From Bigelowiella natans CCMP2755 (Eukaryota > Protista > Cercozoa), in assembly GCA_000320545.1 (NCBI GenBank), contig ADNK01000503.1, forward strand, positions 189,557-253,556: a DNA stretch of 64,000 bases, written 5' to 3'. Shown piece by piece: positions 1 through 13,056 of the stretch (the first letter of the stretch is position 1; every line of letters begins with the position of its first letter). A program made the translations under genes and the position numbers. The notes beneath the pieces were generated by a model. The model saw only the letters and a list, made by a program, of their open reading frames with translations. It was not told the DNA's origin and searched no databases.

Positions 1-546
1 TGCATGCATATGCTTGCATAATAACGATGATGGAAAAGCAGGTGATCGATGAGGAGGAAAACAACCATTTGCTTTCATCGAGAATATCACCATTCGGTAG
101 TAGTGCTCACATCAGTCGCATCCACCAACGATCACGATGATGATGGTTGTTAAAAATGTTGTGTAACACAATCTTGCCTTTCTCTTCCTCCCTATTTTCG
201 ATTTATTTCCAACCACATTCACCTAGGTGTCTTTAACGTATTCACACCATACCTCACTGTCCTTGGATTGTTGGTTTTCTTCGTTATCTTTGGTGTTGCG
301 GTACTCACAATATCCCCGGTATGAATGATTGTCATCATCATCATCATCCTCACTATACGCATAGATGAAGAAAAGCTTGATGGAGTTCTTTATTTATCAT
401 ATTTGTTACTGGAACAGCTTTCAAAGCATCATAGCACCTTCCTCCTCACCTAAATGATAATAGATAGTGCCACTACTTAACTAATTCTCATTTTCCTCAT
501 GGTCACACGCAGCAATATTGTATATAAACATGTCAACAAAGGCTTC

Positions 547-583
<37 letters not shown>

Positions 584-845
584 GAGTCGTTGGTGTACTA
601 CCTGATTGTCTATCTCTTTGGTACTGAAGGCATTCGTAATCGGGGCATATCGATGGACCCAAACTCTTGCTGTGCTTGTAGCTATTGCTATTGGAACGTT
701 TGGATTTCTGGCAACGGTGATGATTTGATGATCATTTTGTACGAGTAGTAAGTAGTTCTCCCAACTGGCCATACCTTTTTTTTCCAGCAAAGCGAGCACG
801 ACAATGGAACTATTACTTCTCTTTCATCCCTCTTCCTCTTTTTTA

Positions 846-877
<32 letters not shown>

Positions 878-1001
878 ACACATTATGTATGATTTCGCCC
901 TTTTTTTTTCCTACATAAGGTATGCGCTCCGCGACTGATTGGTGCCTTTGGAGCTCGCAAAGTGCTTCGAGGTACTTGCCTAACAAATTATGTGTGTGAG
1001 T

Positions 1002-1045
<44 letters not shown>

Positions 1046-1095
1046 GTGATGAGGAGGGTAGCATTCTCCTCATACATAACTGTAGTAGCCTTAGG

Positions 1096-1136
<41 letters not shown>

Positions 1137-1478
1137 AAGCACACCTGGTGATGCCTTCTACTTTGATTGATTCAGGAGCTGTAATTACGGCCAACATTGG
1201 ATCTGTGGTTTTAGTATTGTCTCCACTTCATGAGGTACTTACTTCTAGTGCCAGTATATAAAAGTAGATCATAAAAGAAGAAGAAGAAGAAGAAGAAGAG
1301 GAAGAGGAAGAAAAATAATGACACTTACAATACTTTTATAGGCGTTCTTTATCCTCGGAGCTCTTCTCTGTGTCATCGCCATCATTGGTGCTACTACTAC
1401 TACCACTACTACTACTACTACATGATAGATAGATTATAGAGACCAAAGAGCAGCAGCAGCAGCAACAACAACAACAAC

Positions 1479-1520
<42 letters not shown>

Positions 1521-1798
1521 TGTGAGTACTGATGTCTCATCATTGCCCTGCTGCCATTTGTATTTCCCTTGATCGTCCTTCTCCCCATCCTCCTCCTCCT
1601 CCCCCTCCTCCCCATTCCCTATACACTAATCCTCATCTATCATAATAATCGTTGGCATCTTCTATCGATCGATAATCATCAGGTTTTCCTGCATTTAATG
1701 CTCTTGTTAGTGGTAAAGTTGAGAAGGACCAAGTTGGGAAAATGCTAGGGGCTTTTAGCTCCATTGGAATTGCTGCATATGCGGTGCTACTACTACTG

Positions 1799-1829
<31 letters not shown>

Positions 1830-1983
1830 AACAACAATTGCTACTTCATACATATCGTTACTATGATAGTTTCAGTGCGAAAGTCAAAGATGTGTGATTG
1901 CCGTATCATTAGCTATGTGAAGAAACATGAGAGCTCATGTACTTTCTTTACCATTTGACAAGGAAAATGAAGCTTCTTATTAA

Positions 1984-2017
<34 letters not shown>

Positions 2018-2063
2018 CTGTCCGCTCTCTATCTCACACATCGCATAATGAAGAAGAAGAACT

Positions 2064-2101
<38 letters not shown>

Positions 2102-3054
2102 CTCTTCAAGTCTTGATCGTTGATTGACGCAAACGCAATATAGATCGGGTCACCTGTCTATTCAGCTATATTTTCAGCTGTGGGATCTGGTAAGTTATCA
2201 TCACGCTGCAGTTCCTTCTCAAAAAATAATCATTCGTATGTACATGTATATGTATATGTGTATGTTTGCGTGTGTGTGTACGTTTATGCGTGTGTGTGTA
2301 CGTTTATGCGTGTGTGTGTGTGTGTGTGCGCGTGTGTCGTGACGAAGGAGGAAGCTTTTATTATTCTATTGACATTGTATTGAATCAATAGTGAATGAAA
2401 GATAGCTCCCCACGCGTGATAACTGATGATAACATCGCTCTTTTTCGCCCCATCTTCCTTCATTCAGGTGGTGATTGTGGAAGTGACACAGTGCTGTCGT
2501 TGGTTTGGCTGCCGTGGGGCCTTGCAGCGGTGATGATAATGCGAGATAATGATAGCTGATTCGAACAACGATGATGAGTATAAACACTGCTACATGAATG
2601 TGATGTAAGCATGAGTGTTCTCAACTACTACTACTACTACTACTACTACTCCTTGTAGGTATCCATGTCGATTGCGAGCTTTATACTCTATAGATTTACT
2701 CAAACGTTCCCTGAAAGCGAGGATGATGTCCAAGAGGTGCTGTTAGTAGTTGCTGATAACATGATAAGAGCAATGATGACGCCAGTAGTTGTTGTTTTCC
2801 GTGTGTGGGATGAATATTTACGTGTGTGTGTGTGTGTGTGTGTGTGTGCATTCATTCATTGATAGATCGGTGCCTCTGCTACCGGAAACAAGCTCAATAA
2901 CAACGAAAAGAAGTCCATAAATAATAGTCTTGCAGAAGCGAAGATGTCGAATGATCTCCTCAAACGCCCAGCAAATCTAGAAGATGTGGAAATGCGTGTT
3001 TTGCATGGTGAAGCTAGGAAGAATACGAGTCCCGTGATGAAAGCAGAAAAATAA
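1..3054 (+). CDS. Major facilitator superfamily transporter (TetA/DHA1-like), 5'-partial, about 10 exons
   Basis: Spliced hydrophobic exons: ..SPFG|VFNVFTPYLTVLGLLVFFVIFGVAVLTISP, AFVIGAYRWTQT..., VCAPRLIGAFGARKVLR, GFPAFNALVSGKVEKDQVGKMLGAFSSIGIAAYA|IGSPVYSAIF (typical MFS TM10-11 loop). Stop TAA at 3052-3054. Confidence 0.8.
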
Positions 3055-3459
3055 TGGGAAAGTATAGTTGTGAGAAGCATGCGTGAAGAAAATGCAGAGA
3101 ATAGTGTTACTGAGCAAAAAGAGGAAGGGAAAGCTTAAAGTTTACCGCAGACATAAGTTCGCAATTTAGTCATAGATTGATGATAGAACAAATTCGCAGA
3201 ATGCTGATGAGTCATTGTCGCGCCTGAATAATGAGCAGCGCTTCTTAACATCTTATTTTAGCGAAACTGTTGCGCCCGCATAGTGATTTATCATGCAAGG
3301 TCGAAAGTCATATGGAAAAAGTCCCTCCTCCTAACGCAAACATCAAATTTAATTGTCGCATTGACTGGGTTGAGCCATGCTAGCATGGATCGTCACATAC
3401 TACCAACAAGATGTTATTGTTTACCATCGAAAGTCTGGATATGGATACATTATTGCACA

Positions 3460-3960
3460 ATGCGCTAGTGTGTGTGTGTCAACATGCGTGCACATGTAAC
3501 ATCGATCATCACCATGCAATTACATAGACAGCAAAAGCTTACAGCAGCGCTTAAGTCATAACATTAGTTATAGCATGTGAGGACTTGACAGATTGCTCAT
3601 CTAGTCATGTGGATAAGCACAATATGTACCTGGAAACAAACGCTTGATTAATGCATATAAATGAACGTACACGCTATGCTAAGGGATCGCGCTCGCATAT
3701 GCGCACCGTGCGCAGTGCAAGATCAAGAGATATGATGCTGACGCATTCAAAACCATAAAGTACATTACAGTAGAAGTCTAATAAACATAATTAACATAAT
3801 CTTAGCGCTGTAGCCGCTGTTTTGTACAGTTACATTAGGATGACCATTAAGATTTAAATAATTGTTATCATTTATTATATCCGTCTCATGCGACGCGTAC
3901 ACTTAATTATGAGAGCGATTTTACGTAGTAGATGCATGATGCTATGATTCTCATTTATGC
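3460..3960. repeat. Dispersed intergenic repeat, least-mutated copy (core AGCGCTGTAGCCGCTG...GATGACCATT...ATCCGTCTCAT)
   Basis: 3805-3890 aligns by eye with the reverse complements of 28610-28720 and 28845-28930, with 29045-29110, and partly with 54000-54100. It lies between two convergent genes. Confidence 0.7.
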
Positions 3961-4093
3961 GCTCGACAAGAACTACTGACGATATCTATGTGTCTATCTG
4001 CTATATGATGACATGCAGCTCGCTATTGGGAGAAACCGAGAACTCTGCATCTGCCTTTGACCCTACTGCTAATACTACTATTTATTACTCGCA

Positions 4094-4333
4094 CTAATTC
4101 TCGCTCGGAGGAGACGGCGAATTTACGTAAGAAAGTTTCTGAACTGCATGTCTACCTGACATGAAAGCGCCGTGTATAGTACCTAGCTCCGCAGCGTTTG
4201 TGTACTCTCCTAGTGGCAAAGTAGTGTGTGGATCATTCGACTGTCGGTGCTCAAGTTTTAACAACATTGATTAAGAAACGCAATGAATCCATCAAACTGC
4301 TTGAGTGTGTACACATATCACGGCACATATTCA

Positions 4334-4371
<38 letters not shown>

Positions 4372-4524
4372 CACAATTTACCTGCAAAGTATAGCCGTCG
4401 TCTAGGTATTCCTAGAGAGAGTGTATCGATATCCCTATTGTAATTGACCCATTCCCATGGTGTACATTAGCAGCGACTTGAGACTTGAAAATTACGATGA
4501 TAATTTATACTACATACTACATAT

Positions 4525-4560
<36 letters not shown>

Positions 4561-5790
4561 GAGAACACATCATAAACTTTATTACAAGTTCTTTCTCCCC
4601 TCCCTTCCCCCCACCCCCCTCTCTCTCTGTTATCTCTCTCTTCTTGCATTCCTTCTCTCCTCCTCTACTACCTTGCTTTTCCTCCCACTTTGATGTAGCT
4701 CCAAGATCCAAGCGATAAAGGATCCTATTATAACAGATATGTTCACCTTGACGAAATGATAATGATTACACTTGTCATAGAAGCATGCATCATCACCTTT
4801 CCCCAGTTCGCAATCCTATAGCGTTTTAGCTTCGGTAGCAGCACCATTTTGCCGTCGTTCTTATCGTTATTTTGACCTGCATTCATTCCAAGTTGCTCAT
4901 TGCCATGTCAATGCTTGTTATGATACTACGCGTGATGCATGCTCTTCAAATATATAAGTATATTTATAGACAACATCAAGGAACCTTCAGCTTGCCGCTG
5001 AAGAGATTTCCTGAAAACATCCAGAGCGTCTTCCAGAATCTGTACATTGATGATGATTATGATGATGATGATGATGATAAATTATGTTGTCTGCAATGCA
5101 TGATCAGATTCTAAAGACCTCCTCGTCGGACATTGTTCGCATTTGCTTCGAGTATGAAACGGTGGTGTAACCTTAAGACGACACACATATTAAATACATA
5201 CTAGCTTACCTATCATATTATCATCACATTTTGAGGAAATACCTAACCACACGTGGCGGCCAGAGTAGGCCTTCCAGTTAGTGAATCTCAAAAATCTGAA
5301 GATGATATCATCGTTGTCACCAAGGCCATCGTGATTATCGTTATCATCCTCATAAGAACGGTGATGATATTAGTTTACTTATTCCTCTCTGCCCCTGTTG
5401 GAAGAAGAGAAAATACCTGTTGTATGTGTTATCTCCTATTATTTACGTGTATGGACGACTGGATTATATATAACGCTATATATGCATTGAGAGGATGTTA
5501 AAAAAGTCATGGAATACATATTCGTTCATCAAATCTTAAGAGTAATCCGGCCTTCATTCATAGTCATCGTAGGAGAGGAAAAGCAGCAATTGGTTGGTAT
5601 TTTTGCTACATGATCGTCTGTGAGAGCCTCTAGGTTTGACGTGTCTAATTTGTCCAAGGCAGAAGTAGCAGTAGCTGATTTTGTCCATGCTATTTCTCCC
5701 TCAAATTCAAGAGCCACCTTGTTGTAGAATCCAGCCTAAATACAACGTTTGATGATATCTTCGTGTTTTTTGTGTCTATAGGTATGTTTC

Positions 5791-5857
<67 letters not shown>

Positions 5858-7188
5858 ACCTCAATATACTTAAGTGCCTTTGCTACACGAGGAGGAAGCT
5901 TGGGTAAAATATCTATTCCACCATGCTGATAAGGATAAGGAGTAGTAGAAGAGGAAGAGGAAGAGGAAAGAAGAAGAAGAAGAAGGAAGAAGGAGGTTAC
6001 AACCTACTCATGCACTTGTATTCGGGTTCAATCCGACCTTAACAACACCAAGGGGCAGGGCTATTATGACCGATTTCGTGTAGTATTTCTTCCTATTTTG
6101 ACGGGGATAGTTCAAGCAGTGAGTCTAGGTAATAATAACAAACAATTGTGCTGTCTGTGGAACATCGTAGTTGCTATTCTCATCATTTCCAGTTCTCTTT
6201 GAAGAACAACCAATGTTCCTACACTACCCTTCTTCTCTTTCATCTATTGCTTTTACAAGTTACTGCTGCTACTACAACTACTGCTACTGCTACACCTACT
6301 GTACTGCTTATTGTCGCTTGTATTTGTTATCGTCGTTGTTATAACTACCCTTCTGTAGATGTAACGATGGTTATAGAAGGACTAAGAGGGGAGGATTTCT
6401 CGCATCCTTCCTTTGCCTCCTCCTTATCACCATCGTTAGGAGAATAAGAATGAGTTATAGTAATCGTAGAAGCGGCAGTATCAATGTTGACCTTTCTCTT
6501 ATCGATATGATTTACATCCCGATCACATCCACACTTGGTACAGCTGATATTTTCGTCATTACTGACCACTGCTGCTGCTGCTGCTATATTTTCTTTTGGG
6601 AAGAAATCCATCATCGGAAACTCGTCATCAATCTTGCAGTCCTCTCTCATCACTGTTCGAATACTTGCCACCTAGAATGCAATATGAAGAAAGAAGGCTT
6701 GTTTTAAGCAGCGCAAACCTTGACAAACTAACGTGGCATCAGCAGTATCTTGTTGAATATCTGCATCACCTCATCTCATCCTACCTTCCCCTGATAGATG
6801 TAACCGTCATTGTTACCTGGACTCCTTTCTCGATGATGAGTTTTTTCTCCTTTGCAATACGAAGAACCTAATAATTCAAGACTTCAAATAATAATGATCA
6901 TGCTATTTCTGCTGCTGCTGCTGCTGCTACTCTGCTGCATGTAGAGTTGTTGATAATGTCATATTCTGTACCAACTTCCCTACGAGGATCTATTTCCGTA
7001 ACGTTACAATCTGAATCTATATCTATTGATCAAGTCGAATTGATTTTCCTTCATTGTCGCCACGTTGGTTGTTGCTACAGTATCCATTTCTCTCGCTTCA
7101 TTGTTATGTTTTATTGTAAGTAATCATCCAATACCAGCCCTCCATATCCACATCGTAAATTAGAGTTTATCCCTGGCATTGTACCTGA

Positions 7189-7219
<31 letters not shown>

Positions 7220-8824
7220 AAGAAGAAAAAAAAAACCACAAACAACATAGAAAAAACAGGGGAGTGTACTCATTTAAAATAGGACGTTATGACTCGGTCG
7301 CACATTGATTAGTGATAGTCATCAGTGACAAGCACGTGTAGTCTTGAATGCATTAAAGTTGAGGTTTTGATTGACACGCTTGTAAAAGATATGGAAACTC
7401 GTTCTCTTTCAGATAGTTTCAACGTGAGAGAAATAAATGGTTGCATTTCCCCGCTCTCCTCAGTAGGTATGGCAATGCCATCAAGACCAGTGTCATAATT
7501 GAAGAAATAAGCGGACAGATCCCCCACTTCCGCGCCTTCATACTCCTCTATTCCCTCCACCGCATTTACTGATAAGATTATGAGTCGTTGCCGTTGACAT
7601 CAAGAACAATGCTACTATCAATGTGTATAATTGAGTAAACTCATCATTTCAATATCTGTGGTAATGCCAAGGATATCGATAACGAGTTCACCTATTCTGT
7701 CATATTTACAACATAGTTTTTCCTCAATACCAAGGTATTGTCGCCCTTTCGTATCTAGGCTCCTAATTTTTGCCTGTGGAGTGAAGATAAGCGTTAGGCT
7801 CCTTTGCCAACACGGAACAATGAGCTTCATTTTCAAAAATAATTGTTACCACTTGTGCAAGAGCATCAGTTACAATAACTGATAGGGGCACATCCTCGAC
7901 GTCATTCGTGTCGTCTATCAATCCAATATAAGGAAAAGGAAAGGTAGAATGAAAATATTCTCAACTATTAACCAGAAAACTCCAGAACATTGTTTCATCC
8001 CCTGGCATTACCACTGCTGTCGTTGTCAGAGTCGATATCATAATGTTTCTCTAGCTCTGCGTGAAACTTATGTCCAAACGCGTTCGAGGTCTTTCGGATT
8101 TTAGAGTAGGGAATTAAGCCGCCGTCCTTCATATCCACAAGCCTAAGCAATGTGTTGCGAGACGTTTACTGAATAAATAAAATGAGACCTATGATCCACT
8201 GGGTTGTAGGAAATGATCGTTGCCATAATTATAATCAATATACCATCGTCCAGGAGGCTGAGGAGATCTTTTTGCACCTATTTCTCCGGCCGCCGCAGTT
8301 TTGTCTTTGGAGACAACAGGCTTTGCCACATGGTTGAGGACCCCATATTTCCTAGTGTTTCATATTCAGTATGGAAACTCCTTTCCGATGTTATCTGTCG
8401 TCTTATCACCTAGCGTAGAGCCACATTGGATTTTGATAGCATGAGTTGTGAATCCACTGTCCGCCCATGTCGAGAGGGTAGCCAAACTCCTCCGTCGTGA
8501 AGGCTCTTCCTGCGAAATAATAACAATAATAATGTTATTATTAATAAGGTACTTGGCCACACAAATCGAACGTGGGTTTTTCTTCTATGAACAATGATGC
8601 CTGTGACAATGTTTACTTTACATAACAACCTCCAATACGATCCCTGGCCTCGAGGATGACGTAATTTTTTATGCCAGATTCTTCCAGCGCTACGCCCGCT
8701 CCGATTCCTCGAAGAACATCCCCATTTTATAACGACAAATAGAAAATGTCTATATTTCCTCACCTGCAGCACCTGCACCGATAACCACTGCGTCATAGAG
8801 GTGCGGGGGAGAGGTCGTCGTCAT
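4094..8824 (-). CDS. Flavin-containing amine oxidase (polyamine oxidase/MAO family), multi-exon
   Basis: MTTTSPPHLYDAVVIGAGAAG|IGAGVALEESGIKNYVILEARDRIGG|RAFT..PLDMGGQWIH (GxGxxG, GG motif); GYGGLV; SVIIALPLGVVK; GFYNKVALEF; WGK|DPLSLGSWSY; LYFAG|EYT..GTIHGAFMSGRHA. Stop at 4094-4096. Confidence 0.92.
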
Positions 8825-9099
8825 GCAGTCGGAACTTTCTCGTAGTCACGTTGTGCCGGGTAGGAGGCTCTTCCAGATACTGCGATCGACATTTCTCGAA
8901 AAGCGAAACAAGCGCAATAGCCATTTTTTTCACAGAGTCAAAGACTGTGCCAAGTCGCTAATCCAAAACCACAAGACATGTACTCCTGTCAATGGCCACC
9001 AGTCGCCTGAAAAAAAACGGCGACGCTCGGCTGCAACTGAAAGTGCTTTCAAATGTGTTGATCAGTGGATCAGTTGGTCCTGATGAGTCCTCGCAATGA

Positions 9100-9960
9100 T
9101 TTTTGTTGAGTAGCTGCTACATGTATGTGCATGTCTCCCATGTGGTTCTTGCTCATGCAGGTTTGCATCAATGCTTCATTCATTGTTCATTGTTGTTCAT
9201 GGTCCCAAGTGTGCACAGGATGAGTGCGCACGTTCTGATGATCCTTTCAGATTCCCTCTTGGAACAACTTCATTCATTCAGCGGATGTGAAACGAACCCT
9301 CAATTTTCCGTGGTGGTTTTATTGATTGAGGAGGGTGTGGTGGGTGGGTCAGCACGTCCATGACCTTTTCAACTGCACCATTCTGGCATTGGAATCACTT
9401 TGTTCGTTCGTTCATTTGTCATTGCAGTGCTTCCAATGATGATCCTCTCATCTGTCCGAGTGCCATGGCCAGCGGATGCGAAACGAAATCTTCCTCGCTT
9501 GCGATTTGCTTTGGTGGCCTTGTTGGTGGGGTGGAAGTGCGTGGGTGAAAAGTTGGTGCGCACCGTCTGATGATCCATTCAGCTGCGCATCATTGGCGGA
9601 GCGCACTTTGTTTGTTCTTTCCTTCTTTCATTCATCCATTTCATTCATGCATCAATGGTGACGACTGAGGAGGAGAGAATAAAGTAAGGCTGACGGGCAC
9701 AATGCACAATTTCTGAATCATCATTTGAGAGCAGCAGTCTTGTGCAAGTCTCCGCCACTCGAAGCTTGCTGTCGGTCCTCTCGACAGTGCATGCATTCGA
9801 TGCTGTGCTCCCTGGACGCAGGAAGGGGTGTGGTCATGGTTGTCTCCACATGTACACACATCGACGAGACCGAGGAAATCATCATCGAGCGGATCGACAT
9901 CAACCACAACACATCATTCATGCATGGAGTACGTGACATGAATGCCTGCTGCCTGTAGCG
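9100..9960 (-). pseudogene. TpA-depleted degenerate coding-like segment, possibly C2-domain derived
   Basis: 1 TA in 9181-9660 by manual count. Minus-strand frames read VVVDVDPLDDDFLGLVDV and LNGSSDGAH/LKGSSERAH (C2-like motifs), with His/Cys-rich, Tyr-free translation and in-frame stops. Confidence 0.45.
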
Positions 9961-10071
9961 AGCAAATTGAACTGTGGCCACATCTGCAAATCGCATCCAT
10001 GCAATAAACATGTACATACATTTCCAAATTGTGCGAGCACATAGAGGCCATGTAGCTCACCTCTTTCTAAA

Positions 10072-11505
10072 TTATGTGGTACCAATGCATGATTCCAGAT
10101 CGGAATTGTCGAACTTGAGGGGCGGAAGGCTAACTCGTGCTTGCCTACTGGTTTGCATAGCATCACTGCAAACTTCGTTTCTCCAACAGCACTGAAGACA
10201 GGGACGAGTACCGTTACACCGCACTTTTCGGATACGGCAGGAATGGCAAGCCATTCCATTAGGAAGCCTCTTTGTCACCTGGCGTGGTCGTTTGAGCTTC
10301 GCAAAGGCCGTAAGGGGTACCATCATGAAATTTGATGGAGGTTCGATCCTGCGCACACGTGGTGGTAGCCGCTGCAGACGTTCATGCTTAAGGGCAAGGA
10401 AACGAGTAAAGATGCTCATTTGGTTGTCGCCATGTACATCATACCGATCATCGGCAGTGCTTCTATCTTCTCTATCCTTTTTGTCATTTCCAACCATGTT
10501 ATCCTTAGACTGAGGTTCATCTAATAATATTCCCGTTTTCTTCTGCTCAAGCTTCCATTTTTCTGCACGACGTCGTCGCGACGCCATATTGAACTTAGGG
10601 CAGATATTCGACAACTTAATCCGGCGCCGCTTCACGGTTTTCGGCTGTGAGTAACTCGTGTAAAGGGGTAAAATGTGCCCGTTCTTTTCTTCTTTCTGCT
10701 GAAGATATTCCCTTAAATCACGTTTAGATAGTTGTGGGATATGACGTGATTCAGATGTCATAAGATTGCCTCTTGTAAATGAGAACTCTTCCCCTGTAGT
10801 AGAAGGCAGTACGCGGGGTGTCTGTGATTCTTGAAAGTATTCTTGCTTGCGCACTAAGTGAGTAGGGATACTAGCCTCAAAGATTCTTTCTTGGACATGA
10901 TCAATCCCATCGACACTGTGCCGCCATTCCTATCACAATAATGAATCGATCACCCAACGCATAGCAAAGAATGGACTTGTCTACACCTTCTTTCCCGATC
11001 TAGCTCTGCGATGAGGAATCTGTTCACGCTGCTGATGACGATATTGTGCCTCCCATGGTGTCATTCTTGTTTTGTCGGTACTACTTAGATGATGGTATGG
11101 GGAAGAGGAAATCCTAGATATAAGTGGAGGTACGTTCGCGGCCATCCATTCGACTCTTTTGGATTGATCGGAATCTTCCGTCTTCCTCTTGCTTCTGATT
11201 TGTTCGACCTGATCTCCCATCATAGAATCCGAGATAGCCTCTTGCACTTGCTTTCGACGACGATATTCCCGGAAAATATGGTGGCGTTCGTGATGATTCA
11301 TCTGGTAGTAGTCATCGCCTTTGTTTGAAAAGCCCAATCCAATGGGCAGATTCTCTTCGACAGTCACAGAAGGCCGTCTATGTAAAGGTGACTGAGAAGG
11401 CAGGGTTTTGTCTCTCGGGCTTTGACATTGGGAAGACTCCAAACGGGCACACTTTTTGGGCCTTCTTAGGTTGACGGCACTTTTGCTGAAGATGTCTTCC
11501 TCCAT
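10072..11505 (-). CDS. Zn(2)-Cys(6) binuclear cluster transcription factor (at least 2 exons; 3' end uncertain)
   Basis: ORFs 10981-11505 and 10072-10854; motif ACHSCRIRKVRCNGTRPCLQCCWRNEVC matches CX2CX6CX5CX2CX6C. Confidence 0.8.
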
Positions 11506-12240
11506 TCAAGCGGTGGGATTTATCAGTCGTGCGAATTTCCTTTTTGGATCAACATTATTTAAAAATCAACCCAAGTCTCCTCTAGTCGTCCCTATCGACC
11601 TGCGAGAGAACGCAGTTGATTGCTTTCCCAATGCAGCGTTTGGGGGAGTCCGTATGTTGCCAATACCACCAACGAGTGCTTGTACCTCCGTTTTTCATGC
11701 GCGTCAAGACAAAATGCTGAGACTTTGACAAATATCGATGGGATTCATGTCATCCAATCTACGAAGACAAAGAGTTCCCACAGCGTAAACGGTATCACGT
11801 GCAGACAGGACTAACAACACAAACACAGGTAATTTGAACGCTTAAAAAGCAGAAAATCATTGGCGCACGCAAATTAGTGCATCCATCAGCATTTGTGATA
11901 CCCCCGAAAAGACTACGACGGAAACAGCCAGATGCTCTTCTCCTGACTCCAGAGAATTCCCGGAGATTATCTTGATTTTGTGCTTGAACCTCCTGACAAT
12001 TTTTATTGTAGAAGTGATACGACATGCTTTTCTATTTGTAAACATTTGGCAAACTAAAGTCCATTTTACAGTCGAAATCGCCTGCATTCTGACATTCTCC
12101 AAACTGTCCTGTCACCCGAAAGAAGGAACTTTCCGTTCTCGTCACAAAGGAGGAAGGGGAGGGCTCTTGCGATGGGAACAAACGCCTCGTGTCCCGATAC
12201 TACTTTTAACTTTGCACGTTCGAACTTAAGGAGGTTCAAA

Positions 12241-12986
12241 ATGTCCCTACCTGCAAAAAGAGGGCGCCGAAGTGAGGATACATTGAAGCTTTTGGTTGAA
12301 AAGGTTGACGAACTTAACCAGAAGAATCAGCGCTTCCCGAACGTGAGGACTGGGGAGGTAAGTAGAGTATCAATCGGAAAAGGAATGCTAACATCGACTT
12401 GATTAGTTATGGTTTTCTTCATAATCTCAAATATTCTGCACGTCATCACAGCCAAGTATATATTTCTCCTTAGATTCTCCAGTTCAGCGTCGTGTCAGTA
12501 CCACGACATTTCTGCTTGGCTTCGAAAGACAACTTTTGTACAAATGAGTCAAAAAAGGGCCTATGTCATCCTATTAGAGGTGCTATATGGGGAAATAACA
12601 GCAACTTTGCGAAAAAAAATGAAAGAACACTTGTGTGCTCCGCCCAGCACATCTTAACGGCATCTTCCAAGTTGCCTCCAACCTACGTCGGAAGGTTGTA
12701 ATAGTGTAGCATAAAATATGTTACTAGCAATTAAAAATACTCATCTCTTATGAGATATTTTTTGAAAACGCATAAAGGTACTCTACGGTGTTCTGCGATG
12801 AGTGTAAACGCATGGGTATCGAGAATGACAAAAAGGCATTTTGGCACTGTGCAATGTGCGAGTATGATTGTTGCGGAAAATGCTCCGAATCAAAAGGTAG
12901 AAGAGACTGGGGGAGGACAGTGAGGGGGGAGAATGGAAAGATAGGAAGGACAAATGTGTGTATATATGAGTGGAGGGGAAGGGGAG

Positions 12987-13056
<70 letters not shown>

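Noticed and set aside
9100-9960. CpG methylation decay as the cause of the TG/CA excess
   Set aside because: CpG remains frequent in the zones; the missing dinucleotide is TpA.
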